A stretch of 29,603 nucleotides of DNA from a virus (lineage: Duplodnaviria; Caudoviricetes): the IMG/VR virus record IMGVR_UViG_3300025838_001141, positions 1 through 29,603 of that record. One strand, given 5' to 3'. Each line of letters opens with the position of its first letter. Positions within the stretch are counted from its first letter, which is position 1. The translations under genes and the position numbers were made by a program. A model generated the notes under the pieces. The model made no database searches. It was not told where the DNA came from and was given only the letters and a program-made list of their open reading frames with translations. This document shows positions 9,655-18,622 of the stretch, one piece after another.

Positions 9655-10038
9655 TTACGGGGTGATTACAGTGGTTGAGGTTTGAACATTTCCGCCAGTC
9701 AGTTGCCATGCCGTTCCGTCCCATTCCAATAATGCGGCAGTGGCCGCGGTATTGAACAGCAAAGACTGAAACCCAGCGAACACGCCAGACACAGTAAAGG
9801 GTGCCGTGATTGCGGCATTGGCCCCAATGACGTAAATGCGCTTGACTTGGCGCAAATAAGTTCCATTTGGCAGCACGAGGTTGTATTTGCCAACCGATTT
9901 TGGCGTGATTTGGTTGATGTACGTCGGGTCGGCGCCAAGCTGGATGATGTCATCACCAGTCACAACTTGCACGGTTGGCGACTCAGACGGCCGCGACCAC
10001 GGCGGCAATGGGCTAGTTCCCGGGATTGAGTTATTCAT
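9655..10038 (-). CDS. Small beta-sandwich virion-associated protein, 127 aa
   Basis: LVLPNGTYLRQVKRI...LLEWDGTAW pattern resembles phage fibre/decoration modules; ATGA overlap with the adaptor gene. Confidence 0.5.
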   Translation of the reverse strand: MNNSIPGTSPLPPWSRPSESPTVQVVTGDDIIQLGADPTYINQITPKSVGKYNLVLPNGTYLRQVKRIYVIGANAAITAPFTVSGVFAGFQSLLFNTAATAALLEWDGTAWQLTGGNVQTSTTVITP

Positions 10039-10805
10039 GATTTTTGGAGCCGCCCAGCTTCCTTGCGAGCGGTAAATAAGTTCGTTCGCTTCACCGTATA
10101 ATCACGCATGAAGTCATCGTGACGCTTTGAATCTCGATCAACTTCCATCGCGATTTTAGCGCGCACTCGCGCCGAGACTGCTTCGGCTTCTTCTTCGCCA
10201 AATGGAACCATCTCACCCTTGCGCCATTCCAGTTTCCTGCCCTCCCAGACAATGGATAAAATCCAGCCCGGCATAATTGAGGGGTGAATGTAAAAACGAT
10301 GCGCCGCCCGATCTACCGCCATTAGCGCGATGTGTTTCCGGCCGGCATCGCTCCCCATGATTCCAAGTATCCGATTTGCCTCAAAGCTGGCCTCGGTCAG
10401 CACAATGTAGTCGGTTCCATTGAGGAACTGATTGAAATCATGCTGCTCCGTAAGTTCAAATCGCTTTGACCAGTCGAGGCGATAAACGGCGAATCGCTGC
10501 GCTCGGTTGACGTTCCACAACCACGCCTCTTTCAAATTTGCTTGCGGCGGCAATGTTCCAACACTGGCCGCTCCGTCTGCCACAAAATCCTCCGGGTAGT
10601 AAATTGTTTCGTGCTGCTTGCGATATGCCGGGATAAAATCTTGCAGATCAAGAACCGCTTGCCGGATTAGCTTTGGAATGTACCCAACGTAGTCGCCATC
10701 GCTGGCAGTGCTCATCAACCCAATGCGCTGGCGATCCTGCGGCAAAAGTTCAAGAACCGAGTTGGTCCACTCCAGCCACGTCAAGTAGTCGGGCCCATGC
10801 GTCAT
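10035..10805 (-). CDS. Probable head-to-tail adaptor (P22 gp4 / T7 gp11 position), 256 aa
   Basis: Helical N- and C-termini around a beta core (RFYIHPS...LSIVW); lies between capsid and nozzle genes. Confidence 0.55.
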   Translation of the reverse strand: MTHGPDYLTWLEWTNSVLELLPQDRQRIGLMSTASDGDYVGYIPKLIRQAVLDLQDFIPAYRKQHETIYYPEDFVADGAASVGTLPPQANLKEAWLWNVNRAQRFAVYRLDWSKRFELTEQHDFNQFLNGTDYIVLTEASFEANRILGIMGSDAGRKHIALMAVDRAAHRFYIHPSIMPGWILSIVWEGRKLEWRKGEMVPFGEEEAEAVSARVRAKIAMEVDRDSKRHDDFMRDYTVKRTNLFTARKEAGRLQKS

Positions 10806-11371
10806 ACTTTGCCGGTGGCCAACGCGTCATTGATTGTTTCTGCTGGCTTTGCGATGGCCAAGGGAGCTTTGGCCGGCTCTGGATTAACAGCTTGGGCAAG
10901 AAGACCACCCGCCGAGGGATCCACCGTCCTTACGGGCTGAGAGCTCAGCAAGGATTGCCCCATGCCGGTTGAGCCTCTTACTTTTTTTTTCAAGCAACGC
11001 TCGTAGTCTTCGATGGTCAAATGATCCACCACGGATTTTTTGGTTGCAACCAGTTCGTCCAGCGCAGCAATTTCATCAACGTTTTCGGTCAAATAGAACC
11101 CGAGCCACATGCCACCAGCTTGCTCATAAGGCGTAAAATTGAACACAAATTTGCCGGCGGCCACGCTTTGATTCGCCCGCTTTGCGTGATAAATTTTGTA
11201 CGGCGGCGGCTCAGCGATGGACGGAACTGGGGCGTACCCGGCCGGAGGATAATTCTCGGCAGCATATCCAGCCGCCACATATTGCTCCAGCGTCGGCCCA
11301 CCGGGTAGCAGTGGAGGCGGGAGAAAGGTTTTAGCTGAGGCTTCTTTCGGCGGATTAGTGGTTTCGCTCAT
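10802..11371 (-). CDS. Phage hypothetical protein, 189 aa
   Basis: Contains GPTLEQYVAAGYAAENYPPAGYA, a motif I recall from phage hypotheticals. Leaderless promoter upstream; ATGA overlap downstream. Confidence 0.65.
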   Translation of the reverse strand: MSETTNPPKEASAKTFLPPPLLPGGPTLEQYVAAGYAAENYPPAGYAPVPSIAEPPPYKIYHAKRANQSVAAGKFVFNFTPYEQAGGMWLGFYLTENVDEIAALDELVATKKSVVDHLTIEDYERCLKKKVRGSTGMGQSLLSSQPVRTVDPSAGGLLAQAVNPEPAKAPLAIAKPAETINDALATGKV

Positions 11372-11406
11372 TGTGTTACCTTAGTTCAGGGGTTTCTTTT
11401 TTGCAA
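11372..11406 (-). promoter_or_regulatory. Leaderless sigma70-type promoter overlapped by the 22-bp operator (copy at 11375-11396)
   Basis: Minus strand TTGCAA-N17-TAAGGT-N6-ATG; operator GAAACCCCTGAACTAAGGTAAC. Confidence 0.72.
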
Positions 11407-11408
11407 TT

Positions 11409-11445
11409 AAAAAGCTGGTCGCGGCAAACCCAACCACGACCAGCT
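11409..11445 (-). terminator. Intrinsic terminator closing the capsid transcription unit
   Basis: Minus strand AGCTGGTCGTGG-loop-CCGCGACCAGCT followed by TTTT. Confidence 0.75.
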
Positions 11446-11480
11446 CGCATTTAACCGGCTGCCACGAAACAGCCAATTAA

Positions 11481-12050
11481 TCAGTACCAAAACCCAGCGC
11501 GTGCAGATACCAGGTTCAGGTTGTTGGTGCCAGCGTAAGAAAGGTTTATCACCTTAAACCATTTTGCACCAAGGAAGTTTGTGGCCGAAACAAACGAGAT
11601 GTACGCAGTGTTATTTGTGGTTTGATAAACCGATGCCGTAACTGTAAGCAGCGAGTTGGTTGCCACTGGCCACTTCGCAGCCATCGAAGCATCGTCGAGC
11701 GCCAAGGCGACCGTGGCCGTCAAGCTTTGAACCGGTTGCGGCGTGTTGTTCGTGTTTACTTGGGCGGTTACCCATTGAAACGAAACTCCGTTCGCATTCA
11801 GGTCGGCTGGAGTGACGCCTCGCGTGGCGATCCACCCGCCAGCACCGGCCTGGCCAGCGATGCCGGTAGCATAGTTCGCCGCAACCAAGTTTGTCACAAC
11901 GCCATTGCCCGCAATCAGCAAATTAGTTGCCGTCAGAGGCGCGCTGTAATAATACGAGACAGGCTGTGCGATTGCCGCCGCGCAGAACGCAGAGACAAAG
12001 CAAAAGGCCACAAGGATTCGATTGACGCCAAATTTGATTTTATTTTTCAT
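11481..12050 (-). CDS. Exported TN-rich beta protein in the capsid-decoration position, 189 aa
   Basis: Sec-type signal MKNKIKFGVNRILVAFCFVSAFCAAAIA|Q; 7 TN dipeptides by hand count; immediately downstream of the major capsid gene. Confidence 0.7.
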   Translation of the reverse strand: MKNKIKFGVNRILVAFCFVSAFCAAAIAQPVSYYYSAPLTATNLLIAGNGVVTNLVAANYATGIAGQAGAGGWIATRGVTPADLNANGVSFQWVTAQVNTNNTPQPVQSLTATVALALDDASMAAKWPVATNSLLTVTASVYQTTNNTAYISFVSATNFLGAKWFKVINLSYAGTNNLNLVSARAGFWY

Positions 12051-12089
12051 ACTGAAGTAAAATTTATTGTTAGTGGTTGAGTTGAAGGT

Positions 12090-12122
12090 TGGGCCTGCCT
12101 GATTTCAGGTCAAGCAGGCCCA
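12090..12122 (-). other. GC-rich stem-loop after the capsid gene, lacking a U-tract
   Basis: TGGGCCTGCCTGA / TCAAGCAGGCCCA inverted repeat, followed on the minus strand by ACCTTCAACTC rather than poly-T. Confidence 0.65.
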
Positions 12123-12127
12123 GATTG

Positions 12128-13978
12128 TTAGTTGCCGCTCAGATCAACACCCGGCACTGTGAGCTTCACTTTGGTCGGGTTGTAGTTTTCGATGATGCGA
12201 TGCCGGTTGCTGTTACCAACCCGCACAGAGAACTTCTTGCTCTCCATGAGGATGGATTGCATGTTCATTTCCATGACGTACTTGAGGCCATAGATGGCAT
12301 CAGCGGCGGCATTGGAGTTCGCGGTGCGCGTCACACTCATCGCCTTGATGAGGGCAACCGCAATGTCCGACCAGTCGATAAACCACATCGAGTAGCCCGC
12401 CGTTTTCTGGCTGTTCTGGAACTGACTGATGCGGTCATCGAAATACAAGTCGCTGAACACATTGAGCGTGTAGCCCCATTCCGGCAATTCGTAGGAGTCG
12501 TACTCGAATAGAACGGCACCGTTGAACGTGATTTTCTTGCCCTGCTCCATCCACATGGACACGTTGTCGATGCTGTATTTCTGTTTGTAGTACTTCGTCA
12601 TGATCTGACGAATGAGCGGGCGAGTGCCGCGCATGTCGGTCATACAATCAATTTCCGTGACCTGCTGACCGGATTCACCCTCACGCTCCCGGCGCAGGTA
12701 ATACCCCGCTTCGAAGATTGCGTCGAGGTCGAGCGGCCCGCCACCAGCATCGAGGACGTTACCGCAAAGCGCGATCTGGTTGCGAATACCGATGGTGCGA
12801 GTGCGATATTCAATCGCCATCGTTCCAGACTCGCCGGACGCCGCCCAAGCGGGGTCGTACACCGTAGGCAAGTTTTGCCACAGCTGCGTGGTCTGGTTTT
12901 CGTCTTCGGCGTCGCCGTAAAAACAGGTTTCAAAAAACTGGCGCTCGCTTTCAGCTTCTTGCTGCTTGCGCAACTGCGCCAACGGCAACAAGCGGAATTT
13001 CGCCAAACCGGCAGAGGTTTTGTCTGCCGCGGCAGCCTTGAGCAGGTTCAAATACTCAGCATTGTACTTGTGTACGCGCCGAGTCGTTTGCGGCCAATAA
13101 TCCACCAAGCCCCATTCGTTGAAGCCCGGCAAAGCATTGCCGTAGCTCTCGAAATTACTGACGGAATTGGATTGCAGGCGCACGATGCCAATCACAGGCT
13201 GATAGGCAGCCTTTTGAGGAGTCGTCGCGCTGTCGTACCAAGTACCAGTCGCAGCGCCATTGCCACCCCAGTTACCGCCATTGGGGTAAGTGCGGTTCGG
13301 GGCCAGAATCACCTTGGCCTGATTGGCGTCCACGTTGAACGCACCAACGACATGCATGGTGCTGGTGTATTTTGCGCCAGAGTTTGGATCACTCCATTCC
13401 ACAGTCACGCCGTGGCGAGGGAGGAAGAATTTTTCAATGTTCTTCAACACGTTGTTTGGAGATTTGGCGAGCCAAGAGCTGTCAGCATCCAATGAACCGT
13501 TGTTCACGGTAACAGTCCAGTGACCAGCCGAAGCGGTCTGGCTAGTGCCGCCAAGTAAGCCGGCGGCGGCAGCGGCGACCAAGTCGGCATTCGTCGAAGC
13601 TGCGCCAGCGGAAAGGCGAAAGTAACCAGGATTAACCCGGTTGCGGCGCGGCACGAGATCGAACGGCTGAATAATTGATTGCGGCTGAGCGCCGGCAGAT
13701 ACTTTCAGTGGGGTGTGGCGGGACAGCAGCAAATCCATCAGCGTGCGCTGAGCAGAGCCAGCCATGCGCGCCTCCTTGGTTTGCGCGATAACCTTGTCGA
13801 GGCCGACTTCCTTGAACATGACAGATTCAATGTCGGATTGATTCCAGCCAGTGATGTTGGCGCGAGTCAAGCTCATCGCGTCGTCCACCATGATTAAGCG
13901 TGGATTGCAGGCGTTGGCGTTAAAGCCGTTGGCTGCAGTGTTGGGCGCTTGGGATGCGCCGGCGGGTGTATTGGCCAT
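12128..13978 (-). CDS. Major capsid protein (HK97 fold, SU10-like motifs, large insertion), 616 aa
   Basis: Follows portal and scaffold. YWPQTTRR, QFFETCFYG and RTRTIGI echo the SU10-type TQIFR / E.AFLFG / R.T.GI pattern. Has its own regulatory region and an A/C-rich leader. Confidence 0.75.
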   Translation of the reverse strand: MANTPAGASQAPNTAANGFNANACNPRLIMVDDAMSLTRANITGWNQSDIESVMFKEVGLDKVIAQTKEARMAGSAQRTLMDLLLSRHTPLKVSAGAQPQSIIQPFDLVPRRNRVNPGYFRLSAGAASTNADLVAAAAAGLLGGTSQTASAGHWTVTVNNGSLDADSSWLAKSPNNVLKNIEKFFLPRHGVTVEWSDPNSGAKYTSTMHVVGAFNVDANQAKVILAPNRTYPNGGNWGGNGAATGTWYDSATTPQKAAYQPVIGIVRLQSNSVSNFESYGNALPGFNEWGLVDYWPQTTRRVHKYNAEYLNLLKAAAADKTSAGLAKFRLLPLAQLRKQQEAESERQFFETCFYGDAEDENQTTQLWQNLPTVYDPAWAASGESGTMAIEYRTRTIGIRNQIALCGNVLDAGGGPLDLDAIFEAGYYLRREREGESGQQVTEIDCMTDMRGTRPLIRQIMTKYYKQKYSIDNVSMWMEQGKKITFNGAVLFEYDSYELPEWGYTLNVFSDLYFDDRISQFQNSQKTAGYSMWFIDWSDIAVALIKAMSVTRTANSNAAADAIYGLKYVMEMNMQSILMESKKFSVRVGNSNRHRIIENYNPTKVKLTVPGVDLSGN

Positions 13979-14016
13979 ATTTTATTGTTGTTGGTTGTTG
14001 TTGCGGATTGTCCGCT

Positions 14017-14038
14017 GTTACTTTCAATCTAAGGTTAC
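14017..14038 (-). promoter_or_regulatory. 22-bp operator upstream of the capsid gene
   Basis: Minus strand GTAACCTTAGATTGAAAGTAAC, preceded by a -35-like TTCACA; the -10 box is not clear. Confidence 0.68.
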
Positions 14039-14044
14039 ATTGTG

Positions 14045-14090
14045 AAAAAAAAAGAAAAACGCCGGAAACGGTTGATTTTGTCTCCGGCGT
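14045..14090 (-). terminator. Intrinsic terminator after the scaffold gene
   Basis: Minus strand ACGCCGGAGAC-loop-GTTTCCGGCGT followed by TTTTCTTTTTTTTT. Confidence 0.8.
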
Positions 14091-14116
14091 GATTGTCCGC
14101 CGCTAGTTTTTAATCC

Positions 14117-15583
14117 TCAAACTCCCTTTCCGTAGAGCGTTGCGGCGACATCAATCCCGCCGCCGGGGCTTGCGACTGATTTCAAAGGCTCAGCACCGGC
14201 AGCGGACGGGCGAGGGGCTGTAATTGGAGCCACGATTTCGACTGGCGCAGTTTGAGGTTTTCCAGCTGCGCCACGCGGACGCCTTTCAAAGCCCCTGGCT
14301 TTTGCGTTCTCGATCTCCCATTTAACCCGTCCATCAATGGTATTTTTAGCTTCGTGCGCCAAATAATCTACGATTTCAGAATCCGTGAACGTCCAGTACG
14401 ATTTTGACCGCCACCCTTCCCGATCCAAGCTCTCGCGCTCGCCTGGCTCAGAATTCAATTTTGCATTGAATGCTTCACGAGAGAGAAACGTTCGACCATC
14501 CTTCACCTTGTACTTGCCACCTTTTTCTGCGAATATGCGCCCCTCGCGGTCAATGAAGTTAGCCAAATACGCATGGTCAGCGTTTTTGGGGTCGTAGTCC
14601 ACGCATTGATTTTTAAGCAGCAGGAACGCACCAACCCGGCGCCGGGCGGCAGTGCCCTCCTCGCGCATTACCGCAACCTCCAGCGGAAACTCTTTAGCGG
14701 CTTCCGCAACTCCTTTTTCCTTGAGCAGCTTTAGCGCTTCCGCGCAGGGAGAGCTTGGGTCGCCATCAACCAGCGACCGCAAGCCGGCCGAGAATTCTGT
14801 TGCAACCCAATTTTCAACTTTGGGCTGAATTTCGAGTCGCCGCTGTTGCTGTTTGATTTTTTCCAGTTCTGGCCGGCTTTGAGCAACCGCCTCCTCGGTT
14901 CCAATTGCGCGCTGAACCCGCTTTGATTCAACGGGCCGAAGGGCCGGCCGGCTACTGGCCAGCGCTTGGAATTCATCGTCTTCCTCGTTGAGCGTGCGTT
15001 CGGGGTTTGCCTTGAGCAGATCTTTCGCCCTGGAATCAAAATCACGATACCATTCAACCAATTTCTTTTTGAAACCCTTGCGCTCAGGGAACAAGCGCTC
15101 TGCAACTTCCGCTTCCCGCAAGTCTTCGCGTTGTTCGGGATTAAGTGTGGCGATGTACGCCTCGTCAGCATCCACCGGTGCGGGCGCAAACGGGGCGGGT
15201 GGTTCAGGCTTCGCAATTGGCGTATCAACAAAATCCGCATTCTCTTTGGAGATTACGGACACCACTTTTTTGCGCTTCGGCGCTGCTGGCGCTGCCGCAA
15301 CCGGTTCGACGACTGGAGTAACCGGAGGCTCAACAACTGGCTCGACTGTCGGCTCAGCTGCTGGCTCAATAACCTCGGCCTGCGGTTCCAGCGTTTCGAG
15401 AATCGCGGCCATTAGCGGATCGTGGGGCTGCTCCTCTTCAACTGGCTCAACCGGGGGCTCGACCGGAGGCTCGACCGGCTCAATCACTGGAGCGACCGGC
15501 GGCGGGACTACTGCGATTGGTGCGGCCGGGGCCGGGGCCGGGGCCGGAGCCGGCGTGAGTGGTGCTACGGGTTCATCAAACAT
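14117..15583 (-). CDS. Probable capsid scaffolding protein, 488 aa
   Basis: Between portal and capsid. Disordered Pro/Glu/Val N-terminus (PAPAPAPA, EPPVEPPVEPV) followed by a charged helical region. Confidence 0.6.
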   Translation of the reverse strand: MFDEPVAPLTPAPAPAPAPAAPIAVVPPPVAPVIEPVEPPVEPPVEPVEEEQPHDPLMAAILETLEPQAEVIEPAAEPTVEPVVEPPVTPVVEPVAAAPAAPKRKKVVSVISKENADFVDTPIAKPEPPAPFAPAPVDADEAYIATLNPEQREDLREAEVAERLFPERKGFKKKLVEWYRDFDSRAKDLLKANPERTLNEEDDEFQALASSRPALRPVESKRVQRAIGTEEAVAQSRPELEKIKQQQRRLEIQPKVENWVATEFSAGLRSLVDGDPSSPCAEALKLLKEKGVAEAAKEFPLEVAVMREEGTAARRRVGAFLLLKNQCVDYDPKNADHAYLANFIDREGRIFAEKGGKYKVKDGRTFLSREAFNAKLNSEPGERESLDREGWRSKSYWTFTDSEIVDYLAHEAKNTIDGRVKWEIENAKARGFERRPRGAAGKPQTAPVEIVAPITAPRPSAAGAEPLKSVASPGGGIDVAATLYGKGV

Positions 15584-15592
15584 ATTCGTGGT

Positions 15593-17956
15593 TTATTGCG
15601 GTTGCGGTTGTTGCTGCTGTGGAGGCGCACTCATGGCCTGCTTGACCATTTGTGCGGCCTGTGGATTGGTTTGCTGAAGGACGGCGATAACTGCCTGCAT
15701 CCCCGCCGCGTCCTTGTGTACCGCCTCAGCGAGTTGCTGGAGCGATTGCATTACTTGCTTGTCTTGCGAGAGAACGAGCGTGTCGTCTTCGCCTGCCTTG
15801 GTTTGAAGTTTAACGTCAACACCAGCATCGAGGCTGTGGAATATGGTGTTGATAATTTCAAACACCTTGGCCTTACCCATTGCTCCAAACACCGCGTTTT
15901 GAATTTCCGGGTTGAGGCTTCCAATGGATTGCAGCATTTGCACCATGACTGTCGCGGCCTGCTGTCCAGCTGGGCGATTTCCGCCGTCGCGGCTAGTGAA
16001 CATGTAGTCATGCACCAGCGAAGTCTTTGCTCCAGTGATTTTGACGTAGCCGGTCGGATCATCACCGTCTGGGTCTCGCGGCTCGAAGCCGGCTTTTTTT
16101 ACGATACTGTCTGGATAGCGGTCGGAGATAGTAAGCTCAACCTGATCGTCGCCACAGGCGACCAGCGATTCAAAACAGATCCGCTTCATCGCCGCGCGAC
16201 CTTCATCAATGCTTTCACTGATGAAGTCGTACACATTATCTGTGCTATTGGCGATTGCCACCGACTCATGCGCGCTGATTTCATGGCTCGCGGCTTGTCC
16301 CTGCTCATGTGGAGACATTACGAGCAAGCGGTCAGCTAAGGCGATCACTTGCGTGATTGCCTTGAATATCTGCTCAATGCTTTGATTTGGGTGCGACCGA
16401 ACAACAATAAAAGCCTGACTCGGGTCGATTCCGAGTTGTTTCAGCTTCGAGAAACTCACCTCCAGCATTTGCGTGCTGGCGTATGTCCCCTTGTTTTGCA
16501 TCAATCGCTTGAACTCATCCCGAACCTGATTGCCCTCCGGTGTGTCCGGAAAGACGTCAGTGTTGAGAACAGCAACGGAAAACAGGTCTTGCTTGACCAC
16601 TTCGAGAAGCTGGCTGTACAAATTGGTAAGCTGATCCTGGTACGACATCAGCTCGTGGGCCAGCGAGACGTTAATGAGTCGGTCGTCTTTCTCGTTGTGA
16701 CTGAATACTGCCGCTGGGCTGGACGGGCAAATCTTTGCGTACACCACAGTTGCATCCCCGGCCACGCGAAGGTGAATCCAAACCGGATGCGGATAGGTTC
16801 CCCAGCCCCAAACCGAAGGCCGAACCTTCACCCAGATGTGGCTGAATATGCAGGAGGTTTCTTCCATTTGCCCATTGAACAATCCAACCTGATTCTTTCG
16901 ATCATTGGTTGCGGTTGTGGCAGTTGGAGTTTCGCCTTGCGCGGGATCCAGTGAAGGCGGAGGGGTGATGGTGTGGGAAAAATATTGATTAAAGTAGAGC
17001 CAATAAGTACTAAACCAATCGGCCATGCTTCCGGACGTAAAAGATACCGATGTGCGATTAAAATACGCAGCATTATTGGCCACATCCCCCCAGCGACAAA
17101 CATCCCAGAATCCAACATATTTACAGCCATTATCAGTGTTCAGCGAAGACAACGGAAACGCATTGTCATAAAACATTCTACTCGGATGCGGCATTACCCA
17201 CGCGATACCCTCTTTGACGATGCGAACGCGGTTTTTCTTTTTATCACTCGCGAATTCTGGCGCAACATTGTCGCGCTCAAGTTGAATCTCGCGCTCCCAC
17301 CACGCACGAGGAAAAGCGACGCAATGCCCGTACAGGAACATGTCTCGGCTGATCTGAGTTTGAGTGTGACGATAATCAAATTGATCGGCCATGATGTCCA
17401 CGCGCTGAGAAAGTAGCTCAGCGCGAAGCTTGCCGACCTGGGTTTGATCGCGCGCTTCGTATTTGAAATAAGGCCACAAGGTGTTGTATTTCACCACCTG
17501 AGCCGCTAGCCGCCGCGTGATAACCGACCGCAGCAGGTTGACATTAACCTCGTGAAATTTTGGGATGTTGACGCCGGTTATCTTTCCGTCCTTGTCTTTA
17601 TTTACGCACTCACCCGGCACCGCCTCGGCCCACTTGTCACGATTCTCGGTCGAAATTCGCCCCTGCGCATACTGCATGAGTGGGAGGATGGTTTTATTGA
17701 TCGGCGTGCTGTCCCAGGCCATATCAACTGCGGAATACTTGGAATGATTCGCCAGAGAAAACACGATGTGCTCTTGAAGCCAGCCTTGAATCTGCTCCTC
17801 AAACTTTTTACGCATGGAGATGTCGCGATTAAGGATGCGAATCTCAGTGGCCGTCATTTTCGCTTTGCGCCGCGGTGACGGCTCTTTTGCGGTAAAGAAC
17901 TCCTGAAGGCGAGCGTCAGTGGTGCCGTACTCCTTTAGAATCTCAAAATCTATCAT
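15593..17956 (-). CDS. Portal protein (large, P22-like size), about 787 aa
   Basis: Follows terL; VNVNLLRSVITRRLA, SLAHELMSYQDQLTNL and SAHES motifs with a Gln-rich C-terminus. Start moved to ATG 17956 because of the ATGA overlap with the upstream stop. Confidence 0.75.
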   Translation of the reverse strand: MIDFEILKEYGTTDARLQEFFTAKEPSPRRKAKMTATEIRILNRDISMRKKFEEQIQGWLQEHIVFSLANHSKYSAVDMAWDSTPINKTILPLMQYAQGRISTENRDKWAEAVPGECVNKDKDGKITGVNIPKFHEVNVNLLRSVITRRLAAQVVKYNTLWPYFKYEARDQTQVGKLRAELLSQRVDIMADQFDYRHTQTQISRDMFLYGHCVAFPRAWWEREIQLERDNVAPEFASDKKKNRVRIVKEGIAWVMPHPSRMFYDNAFPLSSLNTDNGCKYVGFWDVCRWGDVANNAAYFNRTSVSFTSGSMADWFSTYWLYFNQYFSHTITPPPSLDPAQGETPTATTATNDRKNQVGLFNGQMEETSCIFSHIWVKVRPSVWGWGTYPHPVWIHLRVAGDATVVYAKICPSSPAAVFSHNEKDDRLINVSLAHELMSYQDQLTNLYSQLLEVVKQDLFSVAVLNTDVFPDTPEGNQVRDEFKRLMQNKGTYASTQMLEVSFSKLKQLGIDPSQAFIVVRSHPNQSIEQIFKAITQVIALADRLLVMSPHEQGQAASHEISAHESVAIANSTDNVYDFISESIDEGRAAMKRICFESLVACGDDQVELTISDRYPDSIVKKAGFEPRDPDGDDPTGYVKITGAKTSLVHDYMFTSRDGGNRPAGQQAATVMVQMLQSIGSLNPEIQNAVFGAMGKAKVFEIINTIFHSLDAGVDVKLQTKAGEDDTLVLSQDKQVMQSLQQLAEAVHKDAAGMQAVIAVLQQTNPQAAQMVKQAMSAPPQQQQPQPQ

Positions 17957-18249
17957 AATTTTATCAAATCCAGCGGTATAATCGGCTTCCACTTCTTTCC
18001 AAATTTAAGCTCCAAGAAAGCCGCCTCAATGATGCTGAGGTGTAGGCTCACCGGCGGGGTAAAGCGGTTATATTTTATGCCTCGCGCAACTTCCTGTGGG
18101 CTGATTGCGCACATGGCGCCCATCTCAACTTGAGTCAGGTTCAATAGCCGACATAGCCGATTGAACCGCTCGCGACTCCAGCCGCTCAAAACTCCGGCGC
18201 GCCGATAACGCAACCGGACCTGAGCCGCGATGGCTTGCCCCTCGGCCAT
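17953..18249 (-). CDS. Small XRE/Cro-like HTH protein, 98 aa
   Basis: RFNRLCRLLNLTQVEMGAMCAISPQEVARGI resembles an HTH_3 pattern; basic; translationally coupled to the portal gene. Confidence 0.6.
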   Translation of the reverse strand: MAEGQAIAAQVRLRYRRAGVLSGWSRERFNRLCRLLNLTQVEMGAMCAISPQEVARGIKYNRFTPPVSLHLSIIEAAFLELKFGKKWKPIIPLDLIKL

Positions 18250-18572
18250 TACTTGGACGGCGAGCCGGGTGGTAAATTGTCTTCTTGAGCAGGAACCCCC
18301 TTACTCTTGTACATGGCAACTGAGGGAGAATCCCCTTCCGCCGCCTCCGCTTCCGGCGACTCACCCGCCTCGCCGGGGTCTTCTTCGTCATCTTTTTCGA
18401 TTTCAACCTTGGAGATCGAAATGGAAATAACCTTAGTGCCAGCCTCATCGAGCGTGCCCTCAAACCGACCAGTGACCTTATCGCCGGGCTGCTTCGTTGA
18501 AAACAGTTCCGCGATTTCCGGGGATTCGGTTGAGTCGATGACGATTTTGTCTTTGATGTCAGTGCTATCCAT
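18249..18572 (-). CDS. Highly acidic hypothetical protein, 107 aa
   Basis: Small beta domain (PGDKVTGRFEGTL...ISISKVE) plus a D/E-rich tail; A-rich start context AATAAT-ATG. Confidence 0.6.
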   Translation of the reverse strand: MDSTDIKDKIVIDSTESPEIAELFSTKQPGDKVTGRFEGTLDEAGTKVISISISKVEIEKDDEEDPGEAGESPEAEAAEGDSPSVAMYKSKGVPAQEDNLPPGSPSK

Positions 18573-18578
18573 ATTATT

Positions 18579-18621
18579 GTTGCCTTGTCTTTAGGGTTAC
18601 ACCGTTTTGATAAAAAGTCAA
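18579..18621 (-). promoter_or_regulatory. 22-bp operator (18579-18600) with an upstream -35 TTGACT
   Basis: Minus strand TTGACT...GTAACCCTAAAGACAAGGCAAC-AATAAT-ATG; the -10 box is weak. Confidence 0.65.
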
Positions 18622-18622
18622 C

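Noticed and set aside
12090-12122. Hairpin after the capsid gene as an intrinsic terminator
   Set aside because: No U-tract in the transcribed direction, so it is kept only as a stem-loop.
15524-15553. GCCGGG hexamer run
   Set aside because: Encodes the Pro-Ala linker of the scaffold N-terminus; no separate function is evident.
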